Part shown: positions 1 through 14,135 of the stretch, one piece after another
Position numbering within the stretch: the first letter of the stretch is position 1
Layout of the letters: each line of letters starts with the position of its first letter
Source of the DNA: Bispira polyomma
Lineage: Eukaryota
Direction of reading: 5' to 3'
Assembly: GCA_965649765.1 (NCBI GenBank)
Contig: OZ287753.1
Coordinates: 57,908,001 to 57,972,000, forward strand
Length of the DNA stretch: 64,000 nucleotides
The notes under the pieces: generated by a model
The model's database searches: none
Seen by the model: only the letters and a program-made list of their open reading frames with translations
Told to the model about the DNA's origin: nothing
Translations under genes and position numbers: made by a program

Positions 1-449
1 CCCTAAGCTTGCTTGTTTGCTTGCTTTTTGTAACATTATCCTTTGTCAGACTCAAGTTCATATTTCAATGATACAACAATCATGATATGTTGTTATATTG
101 AAGCACCTCACTTTCTATGACATCTGCTAACGATATTAGGTTGGAGAAAAGCTTATCCTAACTAGGATATGTCTAGCCTTGCTTAAAACATATGTTGGTC
201 AGAAAGTCTCATTCTTTTTGGAAATAAATGTGAATAAGTATTTTCCTATCTTGACCATAAAGGAAACAAACTGTTACTCATTTGACTATATTATCTGACT
301 TAAATGAATACATATTACAAATTAGTTCCAAAATTAAATGAGCTTTGCTGAAAAACATGGAGCTTCAGGCAAAGCTTGGGTATGTTATAAATTATAAATA
401 AATTAATCATACCTTACAGTGTAATATTATTTATTACTATTTGTACTGT

Positions 450-575
450 AACCAGCAAGTACCTGGCAAACTTTCTCACATGAGGAAAGGGGTGGGAGTT
501 GAACCCACTGTCCTCAGAGGTGAGATGCTAGTGATGTTAAATAATATGCTTACAACATACTAGGCCACTGCAGGT
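450..575 (-). mobile_element. tRNA-derived SINE, 5' fragment
   Basis: Reverse strand reads gtggcctagt...cactagcatctcacctctg...gtgggttcaa...gtgagaaagtttgccaggtacttg, the same head as the SINE copies at 7385, 22715 and 54638; approximate ends. Confidence 0.5.
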
Positions 576-2353
576 TGCATCCCCCTTAGAGCTTGCTGAG
601 TATTTCATTTACACCATACACTTAATGCCAGGAACTGTGAAACTAAACCACCATTCTTACAATGGTTTAAGAATTCTCTGTGTTAGTGATAATACCACTG
701 AGTTTTTTATTGTATTGTTCTTACCCCACTTCTTTTGCAAAGAAGACTGTCTGAGATGTAATCTTGCATCATAATCCCCATTACACCTACTACTACTATC
801 ACTCTGGAAAGGTTCTTTTTTATATAGAATCTATACTATCTACAGTTATTTATGTTGTGCATAACCTTTACCATAAATTGGTTGAAAAAAACTAACTGAA
901 TCATGCTGAAAATCTATGTTGTAAACCAAAAGCACCTTAAAAAACTATGCCTTACTTATATAATGCAGTAGATGTATATATAGTTACTTATCCTTGTTTA
1001 ATGCTCCAGTTTTAGTACGTTATCTAAATGTACATCTGAATAACATATAAAACCCTAATAACTCTACTGCCCTTGACCACAACAGCTATGTCTATGCTGC
1101 CAAGGCTTGGATTTATCTTCAGATAGTTGTATGAGCAGGTTATGCTTTTAAAATGTATACATATTTGAGGCTTTGTAAATTTAGTGAGTCGGTCTCACAA
1201 ACTTGGGCCTTAGACAGGGCTAAGAGTGAGTATAATAAAGAACATGCCTGACACAACACTATACTATAAGAAATATATCTAGCTGTCAGAAAGCTTTAAA
1301 GCTCTTAGGTCTATTCACCTATTCTTGCCCAAGGCTTAATAATTGTCTACAGAAAACCTAACTTTAGGTGTAATTTTTTATTAAACCAATATGTTACTAA
1401 GGCACTACTAAAAACGGGGGTGTCAGGTTTGCTAAGTTAAGAGTATGGTAAACTATTTGGCCATCTGGGAACAAATTTAATGGGCGTATTTAAAATATAA
1501 AACGCACATTTTAGCACACAGAAAACAAATGCTTTAAAAAGCCTACAGGACTGCAAAAAACACACAAAAAACACAGTTGGTATTTAAAAGCCAGTGTAAG
1601 ACTTGCCTTGGCTGTACTGGATTTTATGTTACATCAACCCCACTCTACTCTGAAAACCTCCAGACAAGAAAGTGTCACATTAGTGGTAAGTGGATAATGG
1701 CACTTGCCATTAATTCAAGTAGATACTTCACACCACTAATTGTATCTCCTATGGTTTTGCAGGAGATGACCATATGGTTGTACGTACTTCAGTTAAGGAA
1801 ACACTTTGGTAGTTAAATGACCTAAATATGTGCAGCTACAACAAAGTAAAAAATATAAAGCTTCTTACAAACTACCACCATTGTGTGAGAGATATCAGGG
1901 GTTGAGTCACTACACGAGATGTGGTATTGGAATTCTTTGACCTTTATCAACCATATTAAAATCACTTTCCGCCCAGATAGCCAACTCTTGATAACCTCTT
2001 TTCTGTAGAGATTACTTGTGTAGTTAATTCTCCTTTGGAAGCAGTTCTACTTAAGCTTCTTTAACATTTTAGTGATACACTTTAGCTAAAGGGGTTGGAT
2101 GGCTTCTGTGGTTAAATAGAAATATAGAAATACCTCTATTGCTATTAACGTGTGTTTCAACCTTGATTTATAATTTATTAGCCTAAAAACAAGCTAATTC
2201 TTTTTATATATAGAATGCTTTTAATTTTTAGTAAACTTCAGTAAACCTCCCGAAAAATAATGATAGTATATAGTTTAAAAGTATGCATAATTTCCAGTCC
2301 CTCCATGGTGTTTCAGGCATTGCAATTACTACATGGACATCAAAAGTTGAGAA

Positions 2354-2488
2354 ATACATTGCTTTGGCAAACTCCATATTTTCGTGTATTGATACTGTAG
2401 CTGCTGAAGTTTATATTGTACATTGCTTTGGCAAACTCCATATTTTTTTCCTGCATTAATACTGTAGCTGCTCAGTTTATATTGTACA
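2354..2488. repeat. Tandem duplication of a ~65-bp unit
   Basis: tacattgctttggcaaactccatattt...tactgtagctgct..agtttatattg occurs twice head-to-tail. Confidence 0.85.
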
Positions 2489-3235
2489 CTGTGCCCTTGG
2501 TTCGACATTCTATTCCTCCCACTAGATTCCAGACCAAGCTAGCAGATTTCACCTTCACTTATTGGAGACTTTGATTTGATATCAAGGATGGAGTACTCGT
2601 CTGGGCAATACTCTTGAGAAAATTCTAAGCCAATCAATAACTGTAAAAAAACATGTTAGTATATAGATTACCACCTACCTAGAAATACAGATATTGCTAC
2701 ATTCACGGGGATATTATGTTATTGGCTGTGTTAAGTTTGGGTTTAATTAAGGTCGCTTTAAATCAGGACCGGCAGTTCAGTGATGGAGGAAATCATAACA
2801 AGGTAGTTGGGTCTACGTTTTCTGCTTTGCAAATCCACCGGGCTTCAGCAGGTCTACTGCAAAATTTCTCACATACACATCAGGGCTGAGAGTCAAACTC
2901 ATAAAAGCAGAGGCGATGAGTGTTATAATAGTACTATCAATATCAGGGCCCCCTGTGTTCATTGCTTTGTTTGTTTTGTCACCAGGATTACAAATAACTG
3001 CTGAACCAATGTTTTGGAGTGAATATCCAACATTCGGAGCAGGGCGGATCCAAAATTGTTTTGAGTTTTCTTAAAATTTTGTGACACTGTAGTGCCTTGG
3101 CGGAGGTATTCACTCTACTAAATTGTCCTCATGGTTAATACCATCATATATACAAATAAATGCTACTTAATTGTCCTCGTGGTTAATGCCATTATATATA
3201 CGATTAAATGCAAACAGTAAAAATAAACACCATGA

Positions 3236-3890
3236 TATAAATGGATAAAGTAAAGATATATTATAGGCCAAAACTACACTTATTACATTGCTAAGGATAA
3301 CTAATGTGGTATCTGCTTTGTAGCAATAATTGCAAAGCTTGTCCATACAATTCCTTAAACCTTGTTTCTGCAGACAGATTCATCTAATCCTTAATATATA
3401 ATAGTGAATCTATTGCCTTCCCCTGTGGCTAGTTCATTCATATCTTAAGGCAGATATCTCCACATCTTAGTGTCAATGATTCTGGCTGAATGTGATTGTA
3501 ATGTAAATAAATCTTTACCAAAAAACCAATAAATCTTGTAGGTACTTGAATATTTTTTTATTGTACAATCTACATAATGTTATAAAATGGATGAAGTAAA
3601 GATATATCAAAGGCCAAAACAACACAAAATATATTGCTAAAGATAACTAATATGTTATCTGCTTTGTAGCAGAAATAATTGCAAAGCTTGTCTATACAAT
3701 TCCTAGCTTCTGCAGAAAGATTGATCTAATCCTTAATATTATAGTAAATCTATTGCCCCCCCTGTGGCTAGTTTATTCATATCTTATGATAGATATCTCC
3801 ACATCTTATCATCAATGATTCTAGACTGATGTAACTGTAATGTAAACCAATAAATCTTGTATGTACTTGAATATTCTTTTGATTGTACAA
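3236..3890. repeat. Tandem duplication of a ~345-bp unit
   Basis: aaatggat(a/g)aagtaaagatata..ggccaaaac through gtacttgaatatt..ttgtacaa at about 3239-3568 and again at about 3585-3890. Confidence 0.85.
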
Positions 3891-6544
3891 CTTTGTTTTT
3901 GAAAAACATATTTTGGAACTGTAGAAATCATTCCCAATGTTTGGCTATCATCGCCCACTGTCAGTAAAAACATTGCCAATACTAAAGACATGCTACCAGG
4001 GGATTGAGTATACTAGAAAAAGTACTGGACCTGGCATTAGCTAGGTGTTTATTGCTAATATGAATCACTTGTGTACTTACAAGTTAAAAAAAATAATCAG
4101 TCATTATTATACTGATAACTACACTTGTGTTTTTTTTCTCTTATAAGGTCAGTAGTCATCCTATATTATTAGGCTCAAAGTTTTCCCTCAAACATCAATA
4201 AAAGTGAGGAAATATCTACAGCATTAAATATCTCACTGCTAAACAACTGTTTGCAAATCAATGCACCATCAGGAAAATGTGTACAATTGGACACTCTCAC
4301 AGCAGCACCTCGATTTAAGGTAAGTGATGCTCAAATTACACGTACTCCACAGCAGAATATTGTGCAATATACAGGATTACATCATTCTCTGAGAGAAGCT
4401 TCAAATAAAACCAAGTATACATTCCCACATCCACTTGGTTGATGAATTTGCAAATGACTTAGACAGAAAGTCTAGGTTTTGAACACACAGCAACACAATT
4501 CATACCTGAAGTGCTTCAGGGAAAGCAAAAATAGTGTTAGTGATATGTGAACAAATCTTTCTTTTTACATCCTCTCCTCTATGACAAAAAAAGAGAGTAA
4601 TAATGGTTTTAGTAAGCAGCACCACGCCTATACACAGCTCAATAGCAAAAAACAACAAAATAACATTAAGGTAGATGCATATCAAAATGTATACCCACCT
4701 GTATGAGCCTATAATTAGATATGATTAGTGGATATAGTAGTAATATGCCCTCCAAAAAAGCCCAGCAACAGCAGATCTGCCAACATCCTTCTGGTTAAAA
4801 TGTATTAATATCCAAAGCACACATAGATATAGTATATTAGCTTTTAGAGAAGTTGTTTAACACATCAAATCAACTGTAACATGTTTCCTATTAAAAGTCC
4901 TATTAAGAGTTTTCCTATTAAAAGTCCTATTAAGAGTTCTATTGCACACAGTCCATATGTTGTATAACCTATACACACTGAGAGACGAACACACATACAC
5001 ACACACTCTTCCTCTATTTGCAAACACACAAAAAAACAGCAATGGTCAATAAAACACGTGCACTTCTATCCTACTCATCCAAGATGAAAAACAGTCATAT
5101 TTCTTCCTTATTCCCCTCCTCCTCCCACATCCCAGCAGACCACTCACATGCCTATCTCAATATAAATAACATAAAGGCTGCAAACAAAATGTAGCCATGG
5201 CTAACTGAGTGAAAGCCACGTAAATAAAGGGGCCTATAATTGTCACTTTGTCTTGTCAGAAAGGTTTTTTGCATCTCAAGCTGAGATTGGTGTAGGCTTT
5301 GGTGTCTTATCAAACTCCCTTACTCCTACCCTCCTCCGGTTATTTTCCTGTATCCTATTTGCATCTTATGCAGAGATTATTGGTGACAATGGTTTTTATA
5401 CCCCTCCTTGCCCATATCCAGGAGCAACTGTCATTTTCCTATAATCTCTAGTCCCCCCACTCCCAAAAAGAGGATTTAATTAACTCTTAAAAGTATAAGG
5501 CCAATACAGCTTTACTACAATAATTCTGTCATTATTTAGCTGTTGGGGGCGGGGGTGGTCTACAAGTATATAGGGACAAGCAAATTAGGGACACTGAGCC
5601 AAACACAAGGAATAAAAAACAACAATACTTCCTTAACTTGTTTTGTTTTTACGTTATACCTGAAACTATGATGGATTTGTGTATGAACAGCTGTATTTAT
5701 CTTCTAAATCTAAGGTGGCCATAAAGCATCATTGTTGACTTTTGTTGCAATAAAATTATTGTATTTGTTTGAGACAATGAAAGATGAAGTGCTCCTTCAA
5801 ACCCACTGATTGTTGCAATAAAGCTTTCAACAAAAATCAATGCAGCTGCCATTGTTATTATTGGAGCTTCTTCTTTTTTGTGTCGTCAATATAATAGACT
5901 TGGTCACAAATGTGACTTATAATATAAACATACACTGTGTCTTTATTGACGTTGGATCTATGTTTAAGGGGAATTCAATAGAGAGTTTCTTTTAAATTTG
6001 ACTATGCTCCCCAAACAAACCTATTGTATTAAAAAATAGTACTGATGGGGAAAACAGCTGCTATTTGATGTACAGTCATCATATTGCAGCAAAGGTACTG
6101 AAATATTGGCCATATATCTCTCAAACATTTGGAATGGCAATAACAGAATATACTTAGTAACAACCATGATCAATTGACATGTAACTCTAAAATCCTTATG
6201 TAACAATATGACTTTAAAATTAAAGGTTGTATCAAGTTAACAACTTACTTAATACTTCTGTGACTGGGTGAAAAGTTTCTTATAACACCTGTCATATCAC
6301 CCTATCTTTTGTTGTTGTAAAACCACTACAACACACCCCTAAAAGTTAGCAACACTTAAAAATCCATTTATCTATCTTTAATTCTCACAAAGTATTACAA
6401 AGAGAAGTTTCACAGTTTTTCCAATATAAAATATTTTAATTCCAATTTATGGATCACAATAACATTATTATTATTATTAAAAAGCCACTGAATCATGACA
6501 AGTGTTACTCTATTATTGTAGTGAGTCACAGTACAAAATAACAA

Positions 6545-7671
6545 TAACATCATTGTCAGCATAAAGGGCCATTAATGATGCTGCAGATTTTATATATACA
6601 TGTTTTTTTATTGGGGCAACCATTTGTGTAATACATGATAAACAATACAAAGCATAGAATTTTTATGGAATAAATTGCATTGTTTGCTACAGGCAAACAA
6701 ATAACTATATTAATGGATGCTGGGCGAAGATATGACCTCATTTGCTGAGGTAATGTCAGATTTGAATACTCCAGCTACCAAATTATAAGCCAAGTCAGCT
6801 ATTCATATCAACATTTTTACTCAGATTTTACCAATAAGGGCTTAGATATTACAAGTATATCAGCTGACTTTTATTGATCTGTGTTGAACTGAAGGTCACT
6901 TTGACCAAGTAATTGATAGTCTATAACTTGTTCGTTTTCAATATTTTATATAGTTTTGGTGCAGCAATATTTTATTGACATACTATATCATTATATATTA
7001 ACTGTACAACATAACCAAGAATGCCTTTTGGACCAACCTTTAACAGATTGACACAAATAGTTCTGGCAGAAATATCAACCAAAAATACATCAATCAAGCT
7101 GTATGGCGAGTCCAGTCACATTTCTCAATTAATTTACATATATATAGATAGATATATGTGTGCAACACTGTATGCAAATTAACTATATCACAAATGCCAC
7201 ACTCTATATTCCATGTAGCTTTTAGCTTTTTCCCCGACATTAAGCTCTCAGACAATCCATTACCACGGTGCCTGGTTTACATTGTTCACTGACCTTTAAA
7301 GACAGGGTTCTTGTTATCCCATTTGATTTCATTATTTGGGCTGTTTAAGCATATAGTGACAATAAAAGAGGGAAGAAGACTTTGCCACACATTCAATATT
7401 TCCCCTAGGGCCACTGTGCTTGGAACTGCCTGCTTCACAAGCACTGGCATCTCACCAATGTGGGTTCGAATCCTGTTCGTTCCTGTATGTGAGAAAGTTT
7501 TTCAGGTACTTGCCACAGTTCGAAGGTTTACAATTCTTTTTCACTGGATAATTTTCACCGAATCAGGCCACTGTTATGTGGTGTAAGCTGTTGAAAGCGA
7601 CATAAAACCTAATTAAATTCTAAACTAAAATATACCTGGACAAGTATTTCACAGAACTCCTGTTGCGTGAA

Positions 7672-7706
<35 letters not shown>

Positions 7707-10180
7707 ATTCAACAGGATAAAGGAGGAATAAAATAATGACTGGTAAATGATGAGGGAGAAAATTGGTGTAGTTTATGGACCACTGTGGAATGAAATAGCA
7801 AACAATTGCAAACAAAATTTGTTGTCCTTTTTACCTCCCACAAGAACTTGATTTTGTGTGGGAATTACACATTAGTCAGTGACAGAAATTGTGCCACTTT
7901 TATAACATTTTGCTAATAAAAAAAAAGCAAAGTTTAATAACTATGATAATTAAATTTGATTAATGTGATCGTGATCAATGTGACTAAAATATATGAAACA
8001 TATAATTCCACATTGTTGTGGTTAGAAACTTATCTTATAATTAATCTTTTAAGTAAAAAAAGACAGACATCAGTGAGATAGAATTTTCAGTGACATTCTA
8101 GTACAATAATGACACGTCCAAAAAGCATATTCTTGTCCTAAACTTTGTTTCTTATAACCTGAATAATGTGTTATGTTGTGATTTGTAATGCAATTGTGCA
8201 TAAATAATGAAAATCAAAATTAAATACTGACCCATAAATTCAGCTACCAATAACAACAGAACAAAAAAGCTATAGAAATTCCTCAGGGAAAATCCACTTT
8301 GAAAGAAAGGATTTTATTGGTAGCAAAATCAATTAGAATAATTAATTTCATTTGTTTATTTGTAAGTGGTCATAGTTATAAAAATGATAAATTAACATAT
8401 TATACAATTTACTCATACATAACACTTTTTTTAAATTTCGAAGGACGCTTCATGGTACATTCTAAAGTGATACATTTCTAAGACACAGATATTTCCGGGC
8501 AAGTTGTCAACAGAGATAGATAAACGCAATATTCATATTGACGTTATAGAAATCCGTTAAAGGCAGTGTGTTGGCCTTTCCTTGATATCCCAATTAATTT
8601 GCTCACTGTGTTGTATGGAAATATAGGTCACTCTGATATTCAAGGACATCTTTGCTTATCAACTCTTATTCTTTCTGCTATTTTACTTTAAATTCAATAT
8701 TGTAAAAGCGGATAGAGATCGCAGAGGAATTATCCATGAGTATTACACATCTGAGCATGGTTTAAAGGATAAATAATATTTGTGAATGCATCATCATAAA
8801 TTTGTCAGTATATTTGTCACAAAACATTTTAATGCCATTTTCCAATGGATTCGTTAATTTAACAAACTGCAATATTCTAAACTTTAATACCAGAAGACTA
8901 TACTGGAAATATGTCGAACCAAAAAAGCCAAAGGGATTTACAATGACATTGGTCAAAATATTACCATATGACTTTGAAAATATTACTGCAACAAAAACAA
9001 ATGATCATTGAACTTTAGCTCAAAGATGAAATATTATCACATTTGCCTCTTTAATAGTAAAAAGGATGTCACAGTTTTATTATTTGTTGTATGGGTATAA
9101 CTTTATTGTAAAAGGGGGACATATATATCTATATTGAATTCAAGGAATATCTAGTTAATTTTCAAGAAAGTGTGACTCCCCTAATCCTAGGTGAATTGTT
9201 TTTACCCCAGGGCTAACAAACTCAATATCTGTCACTATTTTGGTGGGGCAAAGGGTTTGGATTGTTTACTCTACCAAGACACAAGTTTTGTGGGTGTTTA
9301 CTCAATATATCAGAAACCTTTAAATTTGTCCAAACAAATCAGTGCGCTTTAGAACGTGTGGTTGGGATATAAAAAAAAGAAATCCTCAGGAGGTTAGTTA
9401 TTGCATTTATTGATTTAGAGTAATTTGCCAGTCATTGCTTGTTGGAAAACTCAGGGCTTGATTATGCAGCCCTCAGGGCCCCTTTAATTAACATACAGCT
9501 GAGTCAAATGGTAATGAGTTTTGAGGTTAAGGTCATATAAGTGGAGGTTGATCTTGTAACTAGTGTTAATTCTAGTGTGAAGGTGGATATGACCTTAAGA
9601 GGTGAGAAGTTAGATGCAGTTTGGGATATTTATTTATCTTTAGCTTCCATGTACAACAAAACAGAAAATTTTATATGAAAACTAAAATATTAAAATGTCA
9701 AAGCCAAACTACCTTCAATTCACATACTTCCTGTTCATTTTCCAGCCTTAGTCACGGAATGTCAAATACCAACAGCTGAAATTGTAATGAAAGCAGGGAT
9801 TCTTATTGGTCGAAGTTTGTAAACCAAATTTATACCTAAATCAAAAGCGATCGAATGGTTATATTAGGAGATACTATTAGGTACATGTTGTATTTGAGTT
9901 CATGTCATTTTGGAGTATTTGGAATATTGTCATTATGCACACTGAAGAAATCTTTGTTTGCTTATGTTTTGTGTTAGTCCCCTGGCGTGAGAAAATGTAC
10001 TTGTTTAAAAATAGACAATCAGTTTCCTTGAGCTGTGTAACTGTATTTACTGGTGCTACTAACTAAAAACTTTTGCTTTACCATGACAGCCTTAAAGGGA
10101 AGAAGAATTGACTGAAGATGGAAGAAGAATATTGTGTTTAATGGAAAGCCACAACAATGTTTAACAGGTGACAATCCTGG
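6545..10180 (+). repeat. Segmental duplication A, copy 1
   Basis: Colinear diverged match to 12050-12334 plus 22100-25620 (e.g. ttgtcagcataaa..ctgcagattt; gctctcagacaatccattaccacggtgcctgg; ggcctttccttgatatcccaattaatttgctcactg; agtcacggaatg..aaataccaacagct). Confidence 0.85.
7385..7615 (+). mobile_element. tRNA-derived SINE (degenerate); paralogous copy at about 22715-22935
   Basis: B-box gggttcgaatcc, central gtgagaaagttt..caggtacttgcc box, 3' gaaagcgacataaaac. Confidence 0.6.
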
Positions 10181-10269
10181 TTATTTCAATTCTATTTTAT
10201 CTTCCTAGATCACAACACTATTAATTTTACAAAGGCACTGTATGACAACAAGTGTAACGCTATTATTGC

Positions 10270-12030
10270 AGTGGGTCACATTTTAAAATATTATGTGTAT
10301 CATTTTAATTATATATTAGTGGAGGCTACATTACAAAATATGTTTCCTTTCATGTATCATTTCATTTTAACTATATCTATCATATAGTGGGTTACATTAC
10401 AAAACGTCCTACACGTCATGTATCATTGCATTTTACCTATATCCCGATGAAAAATGCCAGTGATCTGTGCGATCAATACAAAACTGTCCTGGGGGACATC
10501 ATTGACAATCATGCCCCTGTTCAGGAAAAACCTGTGTCATCCAACTAAGACTGCAGCTAGATAACTTCAAATATCCTCACTGCCAAGAAGCAGAAAAGGT
10601 TCCTGGAGAAAAAATGGCAACATACTAAATCCAGGGTGGATAGGTACACTACAGAGCGTCTGTCAACCATCATAACAGGCTCCTGTCAAAAGCTAAGAAC
10701 GATCACTATGACTCTATCATCGCAAGAAGTTGCACAGACTTGAGGAAATTTTGGCAATTTGTTAAGAATATACTTCATAAAGTTACAGATCCGGTTCTAC
10801 CGGACTGTAACAACTTTACTGAAATATGTTTGGTAATTTTTTCTCAGGGAAGATTAATTAAATTTGTATTTGTAAAAAACTGAAAAAAGGTCCTTCTATA
10901 CTACTACTCTCCTTGGTAATAGCACTGTTCCAGCTGACAGTGCAAAGAACCTAGGAGTTACTTTTGACTCTGACTTCTTCAAAAACATGTCTCGAATATC
11001 TGTCATTCCTGCTACTGCAACATTCGTGACTTTCGTAGATTTCAATGGCGTTTAATTCTGGAAAATGCCATTGCAGTGGCAAATGCCCTGGTATAAAGTC
11101 AACTAGATTACTGCAACCCACTACTGTATAGAATTGGACAGGGCCAACAAACAAGCTACAGAATAAACAAGCTACAGAAAATTAATCTGTGCAGAAGAGT
11201 AAGCCATGCTGACCCTCGCACTCACACAACTCATGTGCTTAAACAATTACATTGGTTATCTATTGAGTTCCGTATTAAATTTAAGGCAATTGTCCTCATT
11301 TTTGACAGCCCATGTATATCAACCTGCCTAATTATCTTCTATGCTGTCTTTCAGCAATCTCACCAGAGGTAATCGTCTTTCCACCTCTGGTTTCCTACTG
11401 AAAAAATCAGCTGGTTCAAAATCATTCTTAGTTGTAGCACCTGCTGAGTGGAATAGCCTCCCTACCAGTCTTCCGACTGAGACAAGCATCACAGGTTTCA
11501 AAAAAAAATTCAAAACACATCTGTATCAGCTCGCTTTTCTACCCAAGCATTCATCTGCTGGTCACGACTGAACTCTGATCACAAACCTTTTTTCGTCTAC
11601 CAGACTATCCTTTCGCAAACTTATAAGGATATGAGCCACAGAGGATGCCTGGTCATCGATTGTGGTGCCATAGAAGTAAAAACATTAAAATTAACATTAT
11701 TATATAGTAGGTTATATTACAAAATGTCTCAAATTCCGTGTAGTATTGCATTTTAACTATATCTATTATATAGTGGGTTACATTACAAAATGTTCCAAAT
11801 TCCATGTATCATTGGATTTTGACTTTATCTATTATACAGTGGGTTACATGACAAAATGTCCGAAATTGCATGTATGTATTATTGCATGCAAACTATATCT
11901 ATTATATAGTGGGTTATATTACCAAGTGCTCTACACTCCATGTAACATTTCATTTTAACTATATATATTATAATGGGGCTTACATTACAAATTTTCATAC
12001 ACTACATGCATCATTTCATTGTAACTATAG
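10270..12030. repeat. ~61-65-bp minisatellite (tatagtgggttacattacaaaatg..catgtatcattgcattttaactatatctat) split by an L2 insertion
   Basis: About 3 units at 10270-10443 and about 5 units at 11695-12030. Confidence 0.8.
10444..11694 (+). mobile_element. Degenerate, internally deleted L2-like LINE
   Basis: Fragments DNHAP, DSAKNLGVTFDSD, LDYCN, LHWL..EFRIKFK, SFLVVAPAEWNSLP, FKKKFKTHLY; related pieces at 25120-25550 (-) and 35930-36365 (+). Confidence 0.8.
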
Positions 12031-12094
12031 CGTCTACTAAAAAGGGCCGAAGCAATATTGTTGTCAGCATAAAATGCCATTGCTGATCCTGCAG

Positions 12095-12133
<39 letters not shown>

Positions 12134-12429
12134 TTTTTATAAGGGCAATCATTGGTGTAATACATGGTAAACAATACAAAGCATAGAATCTTTATGAAAT
12201 AAACTGCATTGTTTGCTACAAGCAAACAAATAACCATATGAATGGACGTTGGCGAAGATATGACCTCCTTTGCTGAGGAAATGTCAGATTTGAACACTCC
12301 AGCATGCCAAATTATAAGCCAAGTTAGCCATTCATTTTTTTTCCCCAACCATTTATTTCCTTTAATATATTACAGTACAGATGCAGTGCAGTACAATAAT
12401 GTGCTACAAATAATAATGTTGCTAGGATT

Positions 12430-12669
12430 TGCCCAGCAGTCCCCTTTAGGAGACTGCTAGTTCAGTCCACACACTACTATTCATTACACAACCTTAATTT
12501 CGGTTACACCATGGCTATGTAGCTACACCTGTTGTATACTAAGCACTAACCAATCAAATCACACACACTTGCTGTTTATGCTTCTCTTTTTAAACTCCAT
12601 ATTGAATTTTCATTCAAGTCACAAATTTCAAATGAAACACAAGTACAAAACAGAATATATTTTTTACAA
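12430..12669 (+). repeat. Element 1 repeat A1 (about 97% identical to A2 at 18016-18256)
   Basis: tgcccagcagt...gaatatattttttacaa present twice with a handful of differences. Confidence 0.95.
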
Positions 12670-12758
12670 AGGAATGAATTATAAATTTTATATTTTATGT
12701 TTTTAAAAATACTCGGTTTTATGTTATACATATATATAGTGAATTGGAAAGTGTAATT

Positions 12759-14135
12759 GTGGGTCGTACAAAGAAAACTCCCACACAGAGCACAGCAAAG
12801 AAATCGACAAAGAAACCGTTAACTTCAGAGAAAACAAAGACATGTCAGATTTCCGATTCTTTAGTTCAAAACCTTAGCAGTCAGTTATCCGCAGTAGAGG
12901 GCCCCTCTAGAAGTACCAGTCCAATTATACAGTCACACAGTGATGCCTCGCCACTTATGGCCCCTACTTAAGCCGGGTTCGGATGCGACTGAACAACAAA
13001 GTTCTGCACAGATACTAGCCATACTTATGAGGTTGGAGTCTTCCAACGCGGAACTATCTGATCGGTTAACGAAGGTCGAAGATCAAGCAACCGCGAGTAC
13101 AGCCAAGTTAATTACTCCACCACTCCTCGGGGCTGTTCACGAGCCATCCAACGGACAGAGGGCACACACATCTTCGTCGCTGCAGGGGAATTATCCCCAG
13201 TACAACCAGGCATCCACAGGGCCTTTCGGGCAAGTCGCACCAATACCACACCAACAGACGGGGTATCTCTCGCATACTACAGCACAGCCAACTGCTGCTT
13301 CTGCGTTCATCACTCAGCCAGTCGGCGTAGCAACAGGTTACATGAAAAATGTCGGGCGTGATGTCCTTGCTTCCACTCACACGGCATATGCGGGACACGA
13401 GTTCCAGCAGGATGGAATTGTCCCCAATCTTGACGCTTTGAGATCCATTCCACATGTGCAGGCTGAGGTGACGCGACAACTGGCCCAATACTCTGCTCTT
13501 GCCCAGCGTGACCTTTCACAAGGTAAGGCATCTCTCAAACACAAGTCTGGGCAATTCAATAATACAGATATTACTACCATTGATCCTCGTTTAAGGTGGC
13601 CGAACGACCGAACAAAGGCTGGGTAGGGGGTTCTTCTAAAAAGAACCCAGCGTTTGATGAATTAACCATGCCACAATGGGCTGCAGGGCAGCTTTCGAAC
13701 GCTCTACTGATTCCTAATCCGGAAGAAATGAAGGACGTCATTCGCAAAGTGATCTCTGCTCTCAGAGACGCTTTCTCTCTGCCATGGCATGTGGTCAGGA
13801 CAGCCTGGGCCCTCAGCATGCATGAGGTAGAAGAGGGTCGGCTGTCCTGGCAGAATGATACTCAGTGGTCACTTAACAGGCTGAGTGTGTCTTAATTGGC
13901 TATGGCTAACGGTAGCAGTGCAGGTAACATTAATAATAGTAGTGAATCCAAGATCATTTGTAAATTATACAACAATGGGAAGTGTACTCCTAAGACTGAC
14001 CACAACAACTATAAGCATATCTGTTGGCATTGCAGCCGAACCCTAGGAAAGGACTCGAACCATCCCGAGTTCAAATGCTACAGGACTAACAGTAAGCAGC
14101 TGGACAGCCAAGCGAACCAGGGGAAACAAAGTTAG
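12759..14135 (+). pseudogene. Element 1 gag-like ORF with C-terminal Cys/His fingers
   Basis: VGRTKKTP (GTG where element 2 has ATG-GRAKKTP); frameshifts near 12965 and 13605, internal TAA at 13893; CKLYNNGKC..HNNYKHICWHC..HPEFKC; aligns to 41242-42555. Confidence 0.85.

Noticed and set aside
4150-4330. Possible host exon ending AAG|GTAAGT
   Set aside because: No recognisable protein, acceptor or partner exons can be supported from the sequence alone
10270-12030. Regularly spaced repeats resembling a CRISPR array
   Set aside because: The whole unit is repeated with no unique spacers, no cas genes, and the context is eukaryotic
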